DNA from: Entomortierella parvispora E1425 | Lineage: Eukaryota; Fungi; Mortierellomycota | Length of the DNA stretch: 64,000 bases | Direction: 5' to 3' | NCBI GenBank assembly: GCA_020891255.1 | Contig: BQFW01000012.1 | Location: 1,488,001-1,552,000 of the forward strand | Part shown: piece by piece, positions 22,615 through 35,790 of the stretch | Position numbering within the stretch: the stretch's first letter is position 1 | How the letters are laid out: every line of letters starts with the position of its first letter | Notes under the pieces: generated by a model | What the model saw: the letters and a program-made list of their open reading frames with translations, nothing else | The model's database searches: none | Told to the model about the DNA's origin: nothing | Program-made: the position numbers and the translations under genes

Positions 22615-24646
22615 CGTGATCTTATCAGGGTGGTGCCACATTAGACTCTACTCAGAGCAATGGTTCAGAGGAAAAGAGTCCGGTGTTGTTGATTGCGGAA
22701 GAGAGGAGAGAGAACAGCCTTGTTTATCGTTAGAGTCAATCCAGGCCACTTTTTTCTCACTCCTCGGAGGAGGTTCGCCAGCGCACTCTCCCTTTCAGGA
22801 CAGCCCACGCAAGATCGCCGCACTTTCGTCATTTTGGGCATTCTTGTCCAACAGAACAAAAATCCATTTTGGACCGCCCCGCTTGAAATCGGGGCTCCCA
22901 CACTTGATCTCGACTGCAGTGGATGCTTTTTGATTCACTTTTTCCATCTCGAGTACATTTTTCTTCTGTGCATATTGGGGGAAGAGGGGGAGTTTCTTTC
23001 TGAATCATGACCCTGGGGCTGCAAGTTTCTGAAATATAGTGGTTATTGAAAGTTGGAGTTGTTTGTTCATAATAATGTCCTCCCCCACCCCCCTCCGAAA
23101 GTAAAACTTTATGACTTCTGTCATTAGAAGAAAAAATCTAGGCCTGGGTCGTCCGTAAATCTCTGGTTCACTGTGCAAACGTTAGACTTTCCGTTCAGAT
23201 CTTCCATGCTCATGTGGCCCTTCATAAGACAAGACTGTGCGCACTCTTTCCTGTTTACTTTTTTTTATTTTTTTTTTGGAGCCGATCGCTCTGCCTTTAT
23301 TGAGAAATCCGTCAAGGGCTCAGCCGCAGCCAGATGGTTGGTTCGATTGCAGCAGAATAGCACCGTCAAACGCAAATGCCAAACGCTCTCATGCGAATGT
23401 CTAATGTTCAACAGGGTATCACTTGGCCTTAGGAACTTTTGAGGCACACTACTGTTCATTTGAAAAAAACCAGGACCTTCAGCGACAGGGGGTGAAGCTG
23501 GGGCAAGTATCCAAAATAAGATAGGTGAGGAACAGACAAGTCTCATATCACTGGCTGTTTTTGAAGGTGCCTGGAACAATGGTGCCTTCACCGCAGTTGT
23601 TGCAGTTGTTGAGGTAGGTACACCAATTGTCGGGGATTGTGAACCTCTGCCGCGCTTAGCGAGGTATCACTGGGCGAGACAAAAGGCACGTTAGCGAGAA
23701 ACAGAAACAAAGACCTAGCAGCAACGCTGCTGACTTGTAAGGTCTCTTTATGATCGCCTGCAAGGTACTCTCAGACCAACAAGGGGGGATGAGGGACTTT
23801 TTTTTTCTTTCTCCACTGCCCCCTAACTCATTGATTCTGTTTTTTGCTGCGATGTCGATCCTCGCTCGCGGCAAACTCTAAACGAGGGCCATGGCCACAA
23901 CGTTTTTTTTATTTTTTTTAGTTCCCTCCTCGCTCTCCTTATTCCTTTTTTTTTTTTTTTTTTCCTATTCTTCTTCCTCTCTTTTGGTTCATTAATGGAT
24001 TTCCCTCTTTCTTTTGGAGTAAGTCTGTGCGACAAACAGAAGAAAGGATTGAAACGTTCATCGTTTGCTTACCATGTCCTCACAAAGGTCAAGCTCCTTT
24101 CTTTTCTCTTTAGAAATGAAGTAAAAAAAAAAGTATTCACAAAAGAATACCAGGGGAATGAACTGGGAGAGGTACATCATATTGGCAACAAAAAAAAAAA
24201 AAAAAAAAAATCCCTTTATCGCGAAGTCGCGGATCTGGACCCTCACTTGCGTTTTCTTCGCAGGACCAAGGGACCTTTATGTCTACTGTGTCCCTTTTCC
24301 TTGGAAAAAAAAAACAAAAAAAACATGCGTGTCTTTTTTTTTTTTGATGATCCTGGACTGAGGAGATCATTGTGGAAAAGTGGGGTGTTTCCAATATTTT
24401 CTAGTCTCGACACTAATGTATCAAACATTCTAGATCGGCATCGAACTAATGTCTTTTGCATATCTCATAGAGTGAGAAGGAGATCGCCGTGTTGATGTCG
24501 TAAACACTTGAGGACCGACGGCAGCAAGATCGGCAAGCGGTCGGCTGAGACGGCGATGAGTGGATATTTGCGTATGTGCGTACGAGTGCGTGTGTGTTAG
24601 TTGAGTGCAGGTCGCTCGTCAAACGAAGGCACCTCGAGGCGAAAGG

Positions 24647-24684
24647 AGAGAGAGAGAGAGAGTGTGTGTGTGTGTGTGTGTGTG
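24647..24684. repeat. (GA)n(GT)n compound microsatellite
   Basis: Seen directly. Confidence 0.9.
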
Positions 24685-26172
24685 TATTGATAGAATGAGA
24701 ATGAGAGAGCTGATCCCAACCAGGGGGTGGTGCGTGCATTCAATCAAGTTGCGGCTATTGTAGTCTTGGTCTGTCGCACCAATACTTTGCATGGATCTGT
24801 TTGTCCAAGGGAATTGTTGATTTGTTTTGCTGGCCATCCTTGATCTCCCATGCATTGGATCTTCGATCGCCCAACCTCGAGTGTCAAAAACAAAAAAAAA
24901 AATCTTCCAACTATCGACGACTGCCATTCCAAAGATTGTCTTCCGTCCCCCTCCCCGCCCTGTCCGCCCCAACTCGTTTCGTGCGTCCGACTATTCCATT
25001 TGCACGATTCACAAAAGGCGAATAAAGCGGAATGATGAGCACACACTTTCGAATGGAAGGAAGCAAACGTCGCACCAAAAAAATAAAATACAATAATTTT
25101 CCTACGGATTCGATTCAATTCATAACTCGATTCAACCATCAGAACAGTGGACGACCCAACGGGAGGGAGAGTCACGAGAAAGTCAAAAGACGAAGAGAAT
25201 CGCAGCCGAAAGAGAGTGAGAGCGAGGCAAACAAACGAGGAGAGCCAACTGGAGGACAACCCTAACTGTAAACCTTTTGCCGTTGAATTATTCTTTCGTC
25301 CATTGAGATCCATTTGCGATCCTCGATCCTCGACTGGGTGATCATCGAAGGGTGATAATGTAAACAGAGGTCGTATTAAATTGAAAAAAGAGAACGAGGA
25401 TCACAGAAGGTCCTTTTGTTGTTATTTGACAGTTTTGTGCTCTGCATGGATCTCCCTCCTCTCAATTCCTGACAATTGGTCCCCCTATGCAAAAGGGATT
25501 AAAGTGTCGATCGAATTGGGATCGCATTATATCGGGTCGATTGAAAGGGGCGGATCTCTGGCGAGTGCAGAGAAATCCACAACCAGAGGAGAGCCACATT
25601 CAAGGATGGACAGGTAGGGGCCGGTCTTTCAGTGAATCAGTCAGTCAGTCAGCCTGTCAAAAGACCTCCAGACGCATTCTGAGCACTCTCCCACGCTCAG
25701 TGTCCTTCCATCCATTCTCCCCCTCTCTCCACTTCTCCCTCCACAGCCATCCAGAGACAAACATAAACAGAAAGGGCTGGGAGAAGAAAAGGAAGGGAAA
25801 GAATGAAAAGTAGCGCCCGAGACATACCCGCCCTGACTGGTTTGGGTGTCGGTGTCGATCCTTTTTTCCCTGATTTTTTTTTTTTTTTTTTTTTTTTTTT
25901 GCACGTCCGAAAAGATTAAGGTATTTGACACCTCTCCGCAACCAAGGCACCGAGACCGAGCGAGTCGAGCGGACTCGCTCGGCGTGTTTTGGGCTGGATG
26001 TCTGCGTTCGTCCAGTCCTCAGCACTGCCATTGGTGGGAGACTGGTGTGTGTGGGGGAGTCGTCTTTGGGGTCAGGGACGGTCCAGTGCTGTCTTGTCGG
26101 CCTGTCCTGTTTGTCCTGGCTCCCGCCTTCTCTCAGCCACGCCAGATGGATGCCTCACAAAGTCGAGTGTCA

Positions 26173-26174
<2 letters not shown>

Positions 26175-26204
<30 letters not shown>

Positions 26205-26230
26205 GCCGATGTGTGTGTGTGTGTGTGTGT
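26175..26230. repeat. (TCTG)n plus (GT)n microsatellites
   Basis: Seen directly. Confidence 0.9.
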
Positions 26231-29200
26231 TTCTTGTGTTGCCAGCGTCTGTGTGCTTGTGTGCTTGTGTGCCAACGAGGAAGCAAAGGAAGGAAGGAAA
26301 GAGACAAGGTGGAGCAACCCAAAGGCGCTGTCGTCGTCGTTGTCGTTGTCGTCGTCCGCCGTCCTTTCCTGTTTCCCACTTGGTCGTCCTTTTTCTTTTT
26401 TAATTCTTCCCCCCCTCTTTCTTTAGTCGCCTCTTTCCTCTTCCTCTTCCTTTCCCTTCCTTTCTCTTTCCTTTCTGCTCTCTTCCTTCCTTCCTTCCTT
26501 CCTTCCTTCCTTTTCCTCTTTTCTCCCTTCCTTTCCTTTTCTTCCCTGCCTCCATCCACACTCGTACTCCCATCCCCCCTACCCTCCAGTCTCTCTCTCC
26601 CCACCACCACGCCACACTCTATTCTTCCATCCCTTTCTCCAAACGTCGTCTCTTGTCTCCTTTTACTGATACACTCCAAACAAAGCCGGCACACGTTCTC
26701 TCCTCTGTTCCCTCCACTCTTTCCTCCTATTTTGTCCCCCTCTCACTTACTCACTGACTGTCCCTGAGCGCATCAACCTGCTAGCCCGATCCAGTTCAAT
26801 CTGCAACACAATCGACAACAACAACAACAACACAAACAACAGTACACCACAACCCACAAAGCAACCCACCTCGCAGCAGCTTCCACCTCAGAACCCCTGT
26901 TGTGCACCTTTACTCTGTGTGCCGCTTGCCTATTCCCAGTTTTTTTTCTGTCTTGTTTCTCCAACGTCGCAGCCACCTTCAGCCTTTTGAACACCTTCTC
27001 TCTCTGGGATCAAGGCGGCAGCTTCCTCTCTCGATCGTAGCCTGGCTCACCGGTCAGCATGCTCTTTGGACTGTAATCTTTCAACAGACCCTCAACAACT
27101 GCAGCCAGCAAACAAAGCTAGCCCTGTCCACTCTTGTCCTTTCTCCTTCTCTTGTTTATCCTCCTCTTTATCGACACCCACGCCTGGCTCCCTTCTTGTG
27201 CAAATACACACACCCACCCACCCACACGCGCGCACGCACACAACCTCGTTCTCTTTGTCTGTCCAAAGACTGGGGTTTGCCTTGCTTGTCTCGCAACAAT
27301 AATTTCGAGAGAGCTAACCAGGATAGAGCAGGAAGGACGATCGATCGACCTGGGTTTTAGCCCCTTCCTTTGCTGACAAGACACGACGGACGGTCGGTGA
27401 GATATCAACAACAGCGTCAACAATAACTGCAACAGCTGCAAGCAAGAACAACAACAACAACAATCAATATCCAACGTGTAAGTCCACGCACAAAGCTCTC
27501 TCTCTTTTTTTTTTCTTTTTTTTCTCGTAAAAAACCCCCCTCTGTTCCTTCAACCACCCCCCTTCCCTCGCACCCTTCTTTTACCTTCCCGTCCAATCTC
27601 TCTCCTTTCCCTTTTACCTCCTCTCGGTCTCCACGCCCAGACCGGACCCTTTTTGGCTGTCTTTGTCAGTCCCTTCGCCCGCCACCATTGCCCCGAGCCT
27701 ATTTGGGTTCAATTGAATGCAAGTGTGTGTCTTTACTCCAACTGCAGCAATATTTTTCTTTCATCGCGACTCAATCAGTCGATCACTTTTTTCCCTTCTT
27801 TTTTAAATTGTGCGTTGTCCAATCCCACACGAAAATCCAATCCAATCCAATCACATGTCCACTGGGCAACCTTCCCACTGTGCCCCTGTCCGCCCCCATC
27901 CTGTCGGCCGTTGTCTGTTCGTCGGTCGTCTGTGGTCGATCTTCGTCCAGCGATCTCCGCTGCAGTGCAATCTAGACCCGGGAGATCGATTTCTATCGCA
28001 GATCGCCTTAATTCTATTCTTCTATTCTATCCCATTCATTCCTTCCCCTCTTCTCTCGATCCTACTGTCCTTTTTTATTTTATTTTTTTTATTTATTTGT
28101 TACAGTCACGACGGGGTCGAGTGTGGTCAGCCTTGCTCTGGTGGGCCCGGATGTGCAACGGTGCTAGAGCAGAGCAAGTGTGACGAAGAAGGAGTGGGTC
28201 GCATATTGCCAAAGAGGGATGCGAGGAAAAAAAAAGGGAACCAGTCAACTCGTCCGATTTGGATCGGGGGTGGGGGGAATGATGTGGGTGAACAGAGGGC
28301 GGGATCTGTCTTCTTTTTATTTTTTATTTTTTAATCCCATTATCTTTCATGGCCCCTCTTCTCCTTTCTCCCCCTTCTTTCCACTTTCGACCTTTGCCTA
28401 CCTTCCAACAGGTCTTTCGCCACATGCACTCCTTCTACATATACTGCACGGATGACTGGAACGGCCACTGTCACATCGTCGTCATCACAATCATAATTCT
28501 CATCGCCGCCGCCGCCGTCGTCTTCCCCTTTTCCTTGTTTTACTTCCCCTTCTGTGTGTTGACGTGTCGAACGCGAATCCACAAAGCACCCCCTTTCAAA
28601 GCATCAAAACAACGCACTCTTTTTGCGGATCACTCAATGGTTATCTTCTGTGATTCTGGCTGTTCTTCCCGTTTGTCCGCCCTATCAGATTTTCTCGGCC
28701 GATCTCTTCTTCCCTCGTCTCCTTGATAGCCTCCTGCTGTCCATCAGACGAGGAAGCCTCCTTTCTTTCCCGTCTCGCGTTCACCCAATTTTTTCACATC
28801 CACCTGATTTGTTGATGCACTCACCACTTCCCATAGAGTTTTCTGTTCCTTCCCTCGTCCTTGAACCTTTCGTGCTGACTGTGGTCTTGGCCAGCTCCAC
28901 CACATATAAAGCAAAGAATGCAGCAGCACAGCCTTGTGTCACTCCTTAATACCACCTCACTGCGTTTTTGGGCGTCTCTTACGCAAAAAAAAAAAAAAAA
29001 ATCCTTCCTGCCTCTCTCTCCCATCCCCTTCTTCCTTCTCCGTCGTCAATGGCCGACGCCTGCAATACTGCCCCTTCTTGAGCAATCTCTCTCCAAACCC
29101 CTTTCTTCACACATCGCTCGCCCTTAGGCCTCGAGGCTAACCCAGAGTGATCTTCGTCCTCGTTTCTCCTTGCTTCTAGATCTGGGATTCGGCAGATCCG

Positions 29201-29577
29201 CTCTTTTTCATTTACGCTCGATCGAAAAGAAGACAGGGTGGTTGAATCTGACATCGAGTAGCAAAAAGCAGGGACGATCATAGGTATCCTTCGATCTCTT
29301 CCTACTCTTCCGCCCCACTTCTCTCACTGAACCCAAAGCAGAGGGCAGTATCACAGTTGCCGATCACATTCAGGGACATCAGACATCGAAACGGGATACA
29401 AAAGGCCAGTCTGTTTAACACGGGGCAGCGCAATAACAAAACGCGACAAGAACCAAGGGACCAATCAAGCCCAGGCCTTTGGTGCAGTAAGAGCGACCTT
29501 GCAAGGCGGACTACACCCTCAACAATATATTCTGCACCACAGAATTCGTTGCCGGTTATTACGAGAGGTAGCCAATC

Positions 29578-32553
29578 ATGTTGCCTTCGATCCACCACTT
29601 GTTAGAGGATCCCGATCCTGCAGAGGGTCCTCAAGATCCTCGCTCTTCTTCTCCTCATCCCACAACAAGGTCCTCCCCAACCGTCATCTCTGTAACATCA
29701 ACGACTCTACAAGCACCATCATCCACCATGCCCAGTACATCATATCCCCCTCATTATATGGACCACGACCCACGACCTGACCTTACAAAAGGCGTCAAGA
29801 GCCACTCTCGGACTATGGACTATCCTCAACCCCATCCACACTCCAAGCGTTACAGCCCAACGTTCCAAGACCATTCATATCGAGACCCTCTCTCGTCAGA
29901 ACGCACAAGAAACGTTGCCAAGGAGGACATGTTCCATCATCCAAGTGCGCACGAGCCGCCATCAACGACTACCTCATACAACTCCCCTTCAAGGATACCC
30001 TACTCCACGGAGGAATGGACTCATCCCAGGCGAGATGATGCCCACGACCCCAGCGCACTGTCTGCCCCTGGCTGGGCCTCAAGGCAAGCAGAGCAGCTGA
30101 ACTCTCAGAGCTCTGATCCATCACAGCATGCATCTAAATCCTCTTCTTACCGACCGCAGCAGCAGCGGGTCTCACCGTTCGATCCATCTGTTGCCTCCTC
30201 TTCGTCATCCGCATCCCCATCCCCATCTATTGCGTCAGCTACCGCAGCCTCCACCCCATTGACCACTGAGGCAATAACTGCAGTGACCAACGGAACAGCT
30301 GCGGCCAGCATCAGTGATCCTCGTTCCAGGTTTTCACACAATCAAGAGTCTTCCAGGGCCTCTGGTGCAGACTTACGGCATTCGATGGCGGAGCATATTG
30401 TAGGTGCTGGCGGCAACAATGGAGGGAACAGAGGCGGTCAAGCATCACCGCCTTCTGGTGGTCTCGTCGGGGCTGCCGGACCACGATGGTCTTCAAGTAC
30501 GCACTCGTTGGATCAGTCGTCCCGTGTGGCTGAAGATGGCCGCGATCTAAGATACGCACCATCTAACGCAAACTACAGCTATACCCCGCAACCAGAGTAT
30601 AACTCTAGGCTCCCGCCACCTTCAGACTCACCTCCTCTGCCTTCTCGACCCTATGATGCACAATCATCTCATCGTGATCGGTACTCTCACTCGGCTGTTT
30701 CTTCTCCTGAACATCTGCAAAGTCGTGCTCCACAGCATCGACCGCAGTCGAGTCAAGACCATGTCCCTGGTCGTGAGTGGCCCGAACAAAGGCGACCACC
30801 ATCCCAGATGTATCACTCTGAACGACGGGACGAGAGGCAGTACTCACCAGAGCCCAGTCATTATCGTTCCCAACCCCGTCATCACCCGTCCTCCCCTCCA
30901 CATATTGTCTATCAACCCCACCCCTCACTTCAGCATGAGCAGCAGCAGCAGCCCGTGTATGACCCCGTCCGCGAATCGGACCAAAGACCCCCTCATCGGT
31001 CGCCGCATCAGCCAGTGTCCTTCTCATCCCCCCAGGAAAGGCAAGGATACCCTCCACGGCAGAATGTTGCTGCTGTGAACACTGCGACATCGATACCCCA
31101 GGAATTCTCTGCTCTTCGTCAGCAAGGTTCCCAGAAGCACGGGCTCGCTACGCGATCAGAGAGGATGGCCTCACCTAGTCCCTCCCATCCATATTATACC
31201 CCGAGCCATTCCTCAAGACCATCTCATTCTCAGGCTGATTCTGATCGTGTTCAGCATCCCAGGCACGAGTCAGATCGCTATGCTTCTCCTCCCCAGCCAA
31301 GGCCTCCGTACGCTGCCAACGATCGCCGTCCTGAGCACGACCAAAGGTATGGGCGTGAGCTGCACCCGAGTGAACACGCAGATACTCAAGATGGCCCCGA
31401 AGGTGGTAGCTGGAGCGATGGAGGAGGGCAAATGTCGGACGCACGTGCTGGCCTCAGTCGTCGGACCGGCCACGGAGCTTCAGGATCTATGCCCTTTGCA
31501 CCACCAATGATGAGTACGTCGACTTGGAAAGAGTCACAAAGGTCCATTCGCCCGTCAGTATCCTTGTCCGATTTAGCCCGAGTGGAACCGCATTCTCGGA
31601 GAGATCGTCCCATGGAGCAGGCAGAGAGGACTGAAGGCTATGGGGAGGAGGAGGAAGATGAAGAGGACCTCGAGGACCAGCTCTTGGATGAGGGTGAGGA
31701 TGACCCTCATGTCCATCAGGGTGGTAGGATTGGACATGAAGGTCCATTACCTCTCCAACAGCACCCATACCCTGGGCCACCTTCTCGAACGCACCCTCAA
31801 GACGAGCGAGCGTGGGCAAAGGACCGAGGTTATGAATACGAGCACGAGTACGAGTCAAACGCTGGCGCGCGCACTGGTGCCCGATATGTTGATGGCCCTG
31901 GACCCATTCGGGGTCAGACATCTGGACTTGATCCTTCTCATCATCATGGATCGGGTGCTCAGTATCATGGATCGCCCTTGCCCACCCATGCCTCACACCA
32001 GCGTCATCCCTCGCACGACTACCTGTCGAATTCACATGGTCATCCTCATCATCCACCCTCGCATCGTGGTCCTCAGCCCTACCCACCGTCCGTGCAGCAT
32101 GCTCAGAGTTCGCATCCATACCAGCAGCAGCACCACCACGCCGGACATCCTCACCAGGTGCACGTTCACCCATCCCAGCACCATCCACCCCATCACCAAA
32201 GAGTACCCCCTCAGACCGCGGCGCCTTATCAGGATAACCCAATGGGTAGCAATGGCAACAGGACCACACCCGCGCGTCGGGGACCGTACCTCTCTCGACA
32301 GCGGGCATTGTTGGCGGGATTAGACTCAACCTCGCCATCGAGCCGGTATCAATGCCAGTACTGCCACAAGCAGTTCAGTCGACCGAGTTCACTCCGGATC
32401 CACACGTATTCACATACGGGCGAGCGACCGTTCAAGTGCAGTGAAGAAGGGTGTGGTCGACAGTTTTCAGTCCAGAGCAACATGCGACGTCATTTGCGAG
32501 TGCATCGGATGGGCCGCATGCGAACGGACTTTGGTCCTCACGACCAAGACTAA
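29578..32553 (+). CDS. C2H2 zinc-finger transcription factor (FlbC-like tandem fingers at C-terminus), 991 aa
   Basis: YQCQYCHKQFSRPSSLRIHTYSHTGERPFKCSEEGCGRQFSVQSNMRRHLRVH after a long disordered P/S/H/Q-rich region; single uninterrupted ORF. Confidence 0.9.
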   Translation: MLPSIHHLLEDPDPAEGPQDPRSSSPHPTTRSSPTVISVTSTTLQAPSSTMPSTSYPPHYMDHDPRPDLTKGVKSHSRTMDYPQPHPHSKRYSPTFQDHSYRDPLSSERTRNVAKEDMFHHPSAHEPPSTTTSYNSPSRIPYSTEEWTHPRRDDAHDPSALSAPGWASRQAEQLNSQSSDPSQHASKSSSYRPQQQRVSPFDPSVASSSSSASPSPSIASATAASTPLTTEAITAVTNGTAAASISDPRSRFSHNQESSRASGADLRHSMAEHIVGAGGNNGGNRGGQASPPSGGLVGAAGPRWSSSTHSLDQSSRVAEDGRDLRYAPSNANYSYTPQPEYNSRLPPPSDSPPLPSRPYDAQSSHRDRYSHSAVSSPEHLQSRAPQHRPQSSQDHVPGREWPEQRRPPSQMYHSERRDERQYSPEPSHYRSQPRHHPSSPPHIVYQPHPSLQHEQQQQPVYDPVRESDQRPPHRSPHQPVSFSSPQERQGYPPRQNVAAVNTATSIPQEFSALRQQGSQKHGLATRSERMASPSPSHPYYTPSHSSRPSHSQADSDRVQHPRHESDRYASPPQPRPPYAANDRRPEHDQRYGRELHPSEHADTQDGPEGGSWSDGGGQMSDARAGLSRRTGHGASGSMPFAPPMMSTSTWKESQRSIRPSVSLSDLARVEPHSRRDRPMEQAERTEGYGEEEEDEEDLEDQLLDEGEDDPHVHQGGRIGHEGPLPLQQHPYPGPPSRTHPQDERAWAKDRGYEYEHEYESNAGARTGARYVDGPGPIRGQTSGLDPSHHHGSGAQYHGSPLPTHASHQRHPSHDYLSNSHGHPHHPPSHRGPQPYPPSVQHAQSSHPYQQQHHHAGHPHQVHVHPSQHHPPHHQRVPPQTAAPYQDNPMGSNGNRTTPARRGPYLSRQRALLAGLDSTSPSSRYQCQYCHKQFSRPSSLRIHTYSHTGERPFKCSEEGCGRQFSVQSNMRRHLRVHRMGRMRTDFGPHDQD

Positions 32554-33478
32554 AGGACACACTCGAGACACATCCATCACTCCCTGCCACTACCCAAAAA
32601 AAAAAAAAAAAAAAAAAACCCCCTTTCAACCCTTCGTCCTTACTATCCTACTATCACATTCTCTTCTATTAGCTTCTGTCCTTGTAGCCCTATGTTTTCT
32701 TCTTTGTACCAAGTCCTTCTATCCTCCTTGAGGAATACCCCTCCCTTGTACCATGTACTATTATTATGAGACAATAAATTGTTAGTTTCTCGCAGCAGTT
32801 CCGAAGAGGTTTCCACTATTGGAGAGGGTGGTCCAAACAGAGCCAAGCACGAATCCAAAAAAGGAACAGGCTGCAGATCAGAAGCAAGGCCAGGAACAAA
32901 CAGGACCCGGAGAGAAGGAGAGAGAGGTGACTAAAAGCGGTTTGGCCATGGAACGATTCCTCGGCTTCCATCGAGCCATCCAGCCATGCAACAAATACAA
33001 AAAACATACACGGAAAAAGAAGAATCTTGCGCCCTGTGCCCACCCCTGTCCCACCGCCAGCCAATCGCCCGCGGGCGTGAGTCCATTTACCGGGGATTCA
33101 CCTCGTTTTTCTGCGTTCCTGTTTGCAACCAGACTGTTTGGGAGTGGAGTTGCCCATGGTCGTCTTTGTTTGTTCTCTTTGCGGTCCCTTTCTCTCTTTC
33201 TTCCTTTTCCTCATTCTCCTTCTCTTTCTCTCTTTGTCTCCCCACTTGTGACATTCAGTCCTCTTGCCCCCCTTTCTCGCATTCTCTTTAGGAAATCACT
33301 CTCTTTCACGTCATCCCTCCCTCCTTCCTTCCTTCCTTTCTCGCTCTTCCATTCTCCCATTCATTCTCCTCATTAGGCCCATCCTTCCATTCCTTTCATT
33401 CCTCTTCCTCTTCTTTTTTTTTTTTTTTTTTTTTTTGCAAGCAAACGTCTGACTGCACAGACGTAGCCCACTTCTATA

Positions 33479-34203
33479 ATGACTTCTCTATCGCCCCTGA
33501 CAGAGATTCCTGTCTCCCAGCCCTCCTGTGGCCGCCTTTCTCTCTCCGACCCTTCGCCCCATTGCTCCTACACCACCAACAGCGATGGATCATCAGAAGC
33601 CATGGGCTGCTTTGTTCAGTCCACCGGCTTCTATTGTGCTCCTCTCTCTACCACCCGGGGGTTTCTCTACACACTCACCAACAGTACGGGAGCCGTTGGT
33701 GACGGTAATCCATCTGACGGTATTATCCTCATTCCTCAACTCTCCATCCCCACCACCAAGGACACCAACCGGACAGGAGTTGATGGACAACCTGCCCGGA
33801 CCCAGGGCCCGGCTCGTTTAGGCCAAAGTTGTGTCACCGTTCCAGAACCGAGCACAGACACGACAGCAACAACGCAGGCCTTGTGGGATCTGTTGAAGAC
33901 CATGTCCAACCAGAGGTTGAACGAGACGGTCGGATTCCCTGGACTGGGATCCGGACAAGAGGTTTTGTCCCTTCGTGGGGATTGTGAACCAGGAGCCTAT
34001 TGTGATAGTAAAGGGGCCACCCCGGTCTGCAGGGAGCAATTGCCAACGTACCATGCTTGTAGCTCGTATTTCGAATGCATCTCCCTGAGATGCGAGGACA
34101 GTGAGGGTCAACCGGCCAAGGCCGTTGGGCGAATCGGTGGTTCCAGCAGTAATGACGAAACAAGATATCCTCGGAGAGGTGTTCGTCTACCACCAACAGA
34201 AAT

Positions 34204-34246
<43 letters not shown>

Positions 34247-35578
34247 GGGTCGTCATCATCGTCGTTGTCTGTGATGCAGAAACGACGAGTCGGAGCTGTT
34301 TGTCTACCACCGAAACATGAGCGATCACCGGGAACCGGCACAGGATCTCAGGCGGACAATGGGAATGGAACAAATGATGACAGTAACAGCTCAAAGTTCC
34401 CAGCCTGGTCCATGGTCTTTGTAGCATTGGTCGTGATAACCGGTGCAGTTTTGGCATTTGTCTTGATCCGACGGAGGAAACGTCTTGAGCAGCAAAAGAA
34501 GAGCCTTGGTGGCAATAGTAGCAATAATAACAACAACAACATCTTTGGAGGGCGGTCGTCCGAGGAGCGTGAACGAGAACATCATGAGAAAGCCAAGAGG
34601 GACAGCGACAATGAAAAGAAGAACAACAACAGGGCCACGGAGGGAGCCAGCTATTTCGCCGAGGTTCGCCGATCCATGACAGATGGATCAGGATCGACAG
34701 TGGTCGATAGCAAAGCCTCATCAAAGATGAGCAAGTGGTTTAGTAAGGCCAGCAAAACGGAGAGCCGTCAGCCTTCTGCCCAAGGTGAGGAGGGTCTTGA
34801 GGATCCTTTACCACCTAGACCGTCGTGGACGCCTTCAACAACAAGCACTGCAGTCCTCAGCTCTGCTTCATCATCCTCATCGAGAGGGTCGAGTCATTCA
34901 GGGGATTCTTTCATTCTGGAACTCGGAGATTCAGACCAAGGTTGCCATGGACAAGAGCATGGCCATGGCGTCCCACAGAGTCTGAACGAAAAGAGTCTTA
35001 GCACGGCTAGAACCCTACCATCGATAGTAATCCCCGAAATCACAGCGACCACAGTTCCAGACCTGGATGTTGTCTCTGGTTTGATCCCCGACCGACTCTC
35101 GCCTTCCTCGCCTTATTCGCTTGCTTCATCCTCTAGCCCATCTTCACCCTTGTCCTCCATATCGCCTTCACCACTGCCTTCGCCGTTGCTGTCGGCCTCA
35201 GGTGCTTCTTCCACGACCTCGTCAAAATCAGGGTCAAAGAAGTCAACTTTGTCGTCGTCCAAGAACCCTGGAGGGTTGACCTTGCCTCGACTGGGTCGAT
35301 TCCATGAGGGAGAGTCTCTTCGAATCTCCCCTGCAGCTTCTTATTCCTCAGGACTGTCACCGTCCTCGCCATCCTCCTCCTCGTCTTCGACTTCCTCCCC
35401 GAGATCGTCTCTTTTTAGACTCAGTTCTGGAACGACCTTGATCCCTCCCCCTTCGCCCATTTCCCCTATCTCGCCCATCTCGCCCATCTCGCCAGCCTCA
35501 AACTCGAGCGCGACTGGCGGCATTGCTGCTTTGGCGGGCTCGAGACTCTCGAGCAGAAGTGCGGCTAGAAAGCTCTAG
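33479..35578 (+). CDS. Single-pass membrane protein with Cys-rich ectodomain and Ser/Pro-rich tail, 699 aa
   Basis: Cys cluster CEPGAYCDSK...CREQLPTYHACSSYFECISLRC. TM segment WSMVFVALVVITGAVLAFVLI followed by RRRKR. (ACA)n poly-Thr at 34203-34244. Confidence 0.75.
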
Positions 35579-35790
35579 ATTATTCATCGTCTTTTCGTTG
35601 TACCATATACCCTCCCAGATAATCATGTATAATAAAATAACCAAAGGAGAGAGGATAAGGATAAGGAACCAACATTCACAACATCGGATAGGGTGGAGGG
35701 TGGAGATCAACTTTTTAATGACAGAGGTAAATGCATAGCATGACTTTTGAGAAGCGGCATGTGGTATGCGCAAGATATATTTTTTTTTTT

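Noticed and set aside
23490-23700. Minus-strand acceptor-like gctaac...cag followed by a short frame (…YLPQQLQQLR or CTYLNNCNNCG)
   Set aside because: No convincing upstream exon or start; frames are short and unrecognisable.
25846-28949. Long ORFs (up to 280 aa) in the ORF track
   Set aside because: Translations of pyrimidine-rich and microsatellite DNA (F/L/S/P, VC repeats); no coding signature.
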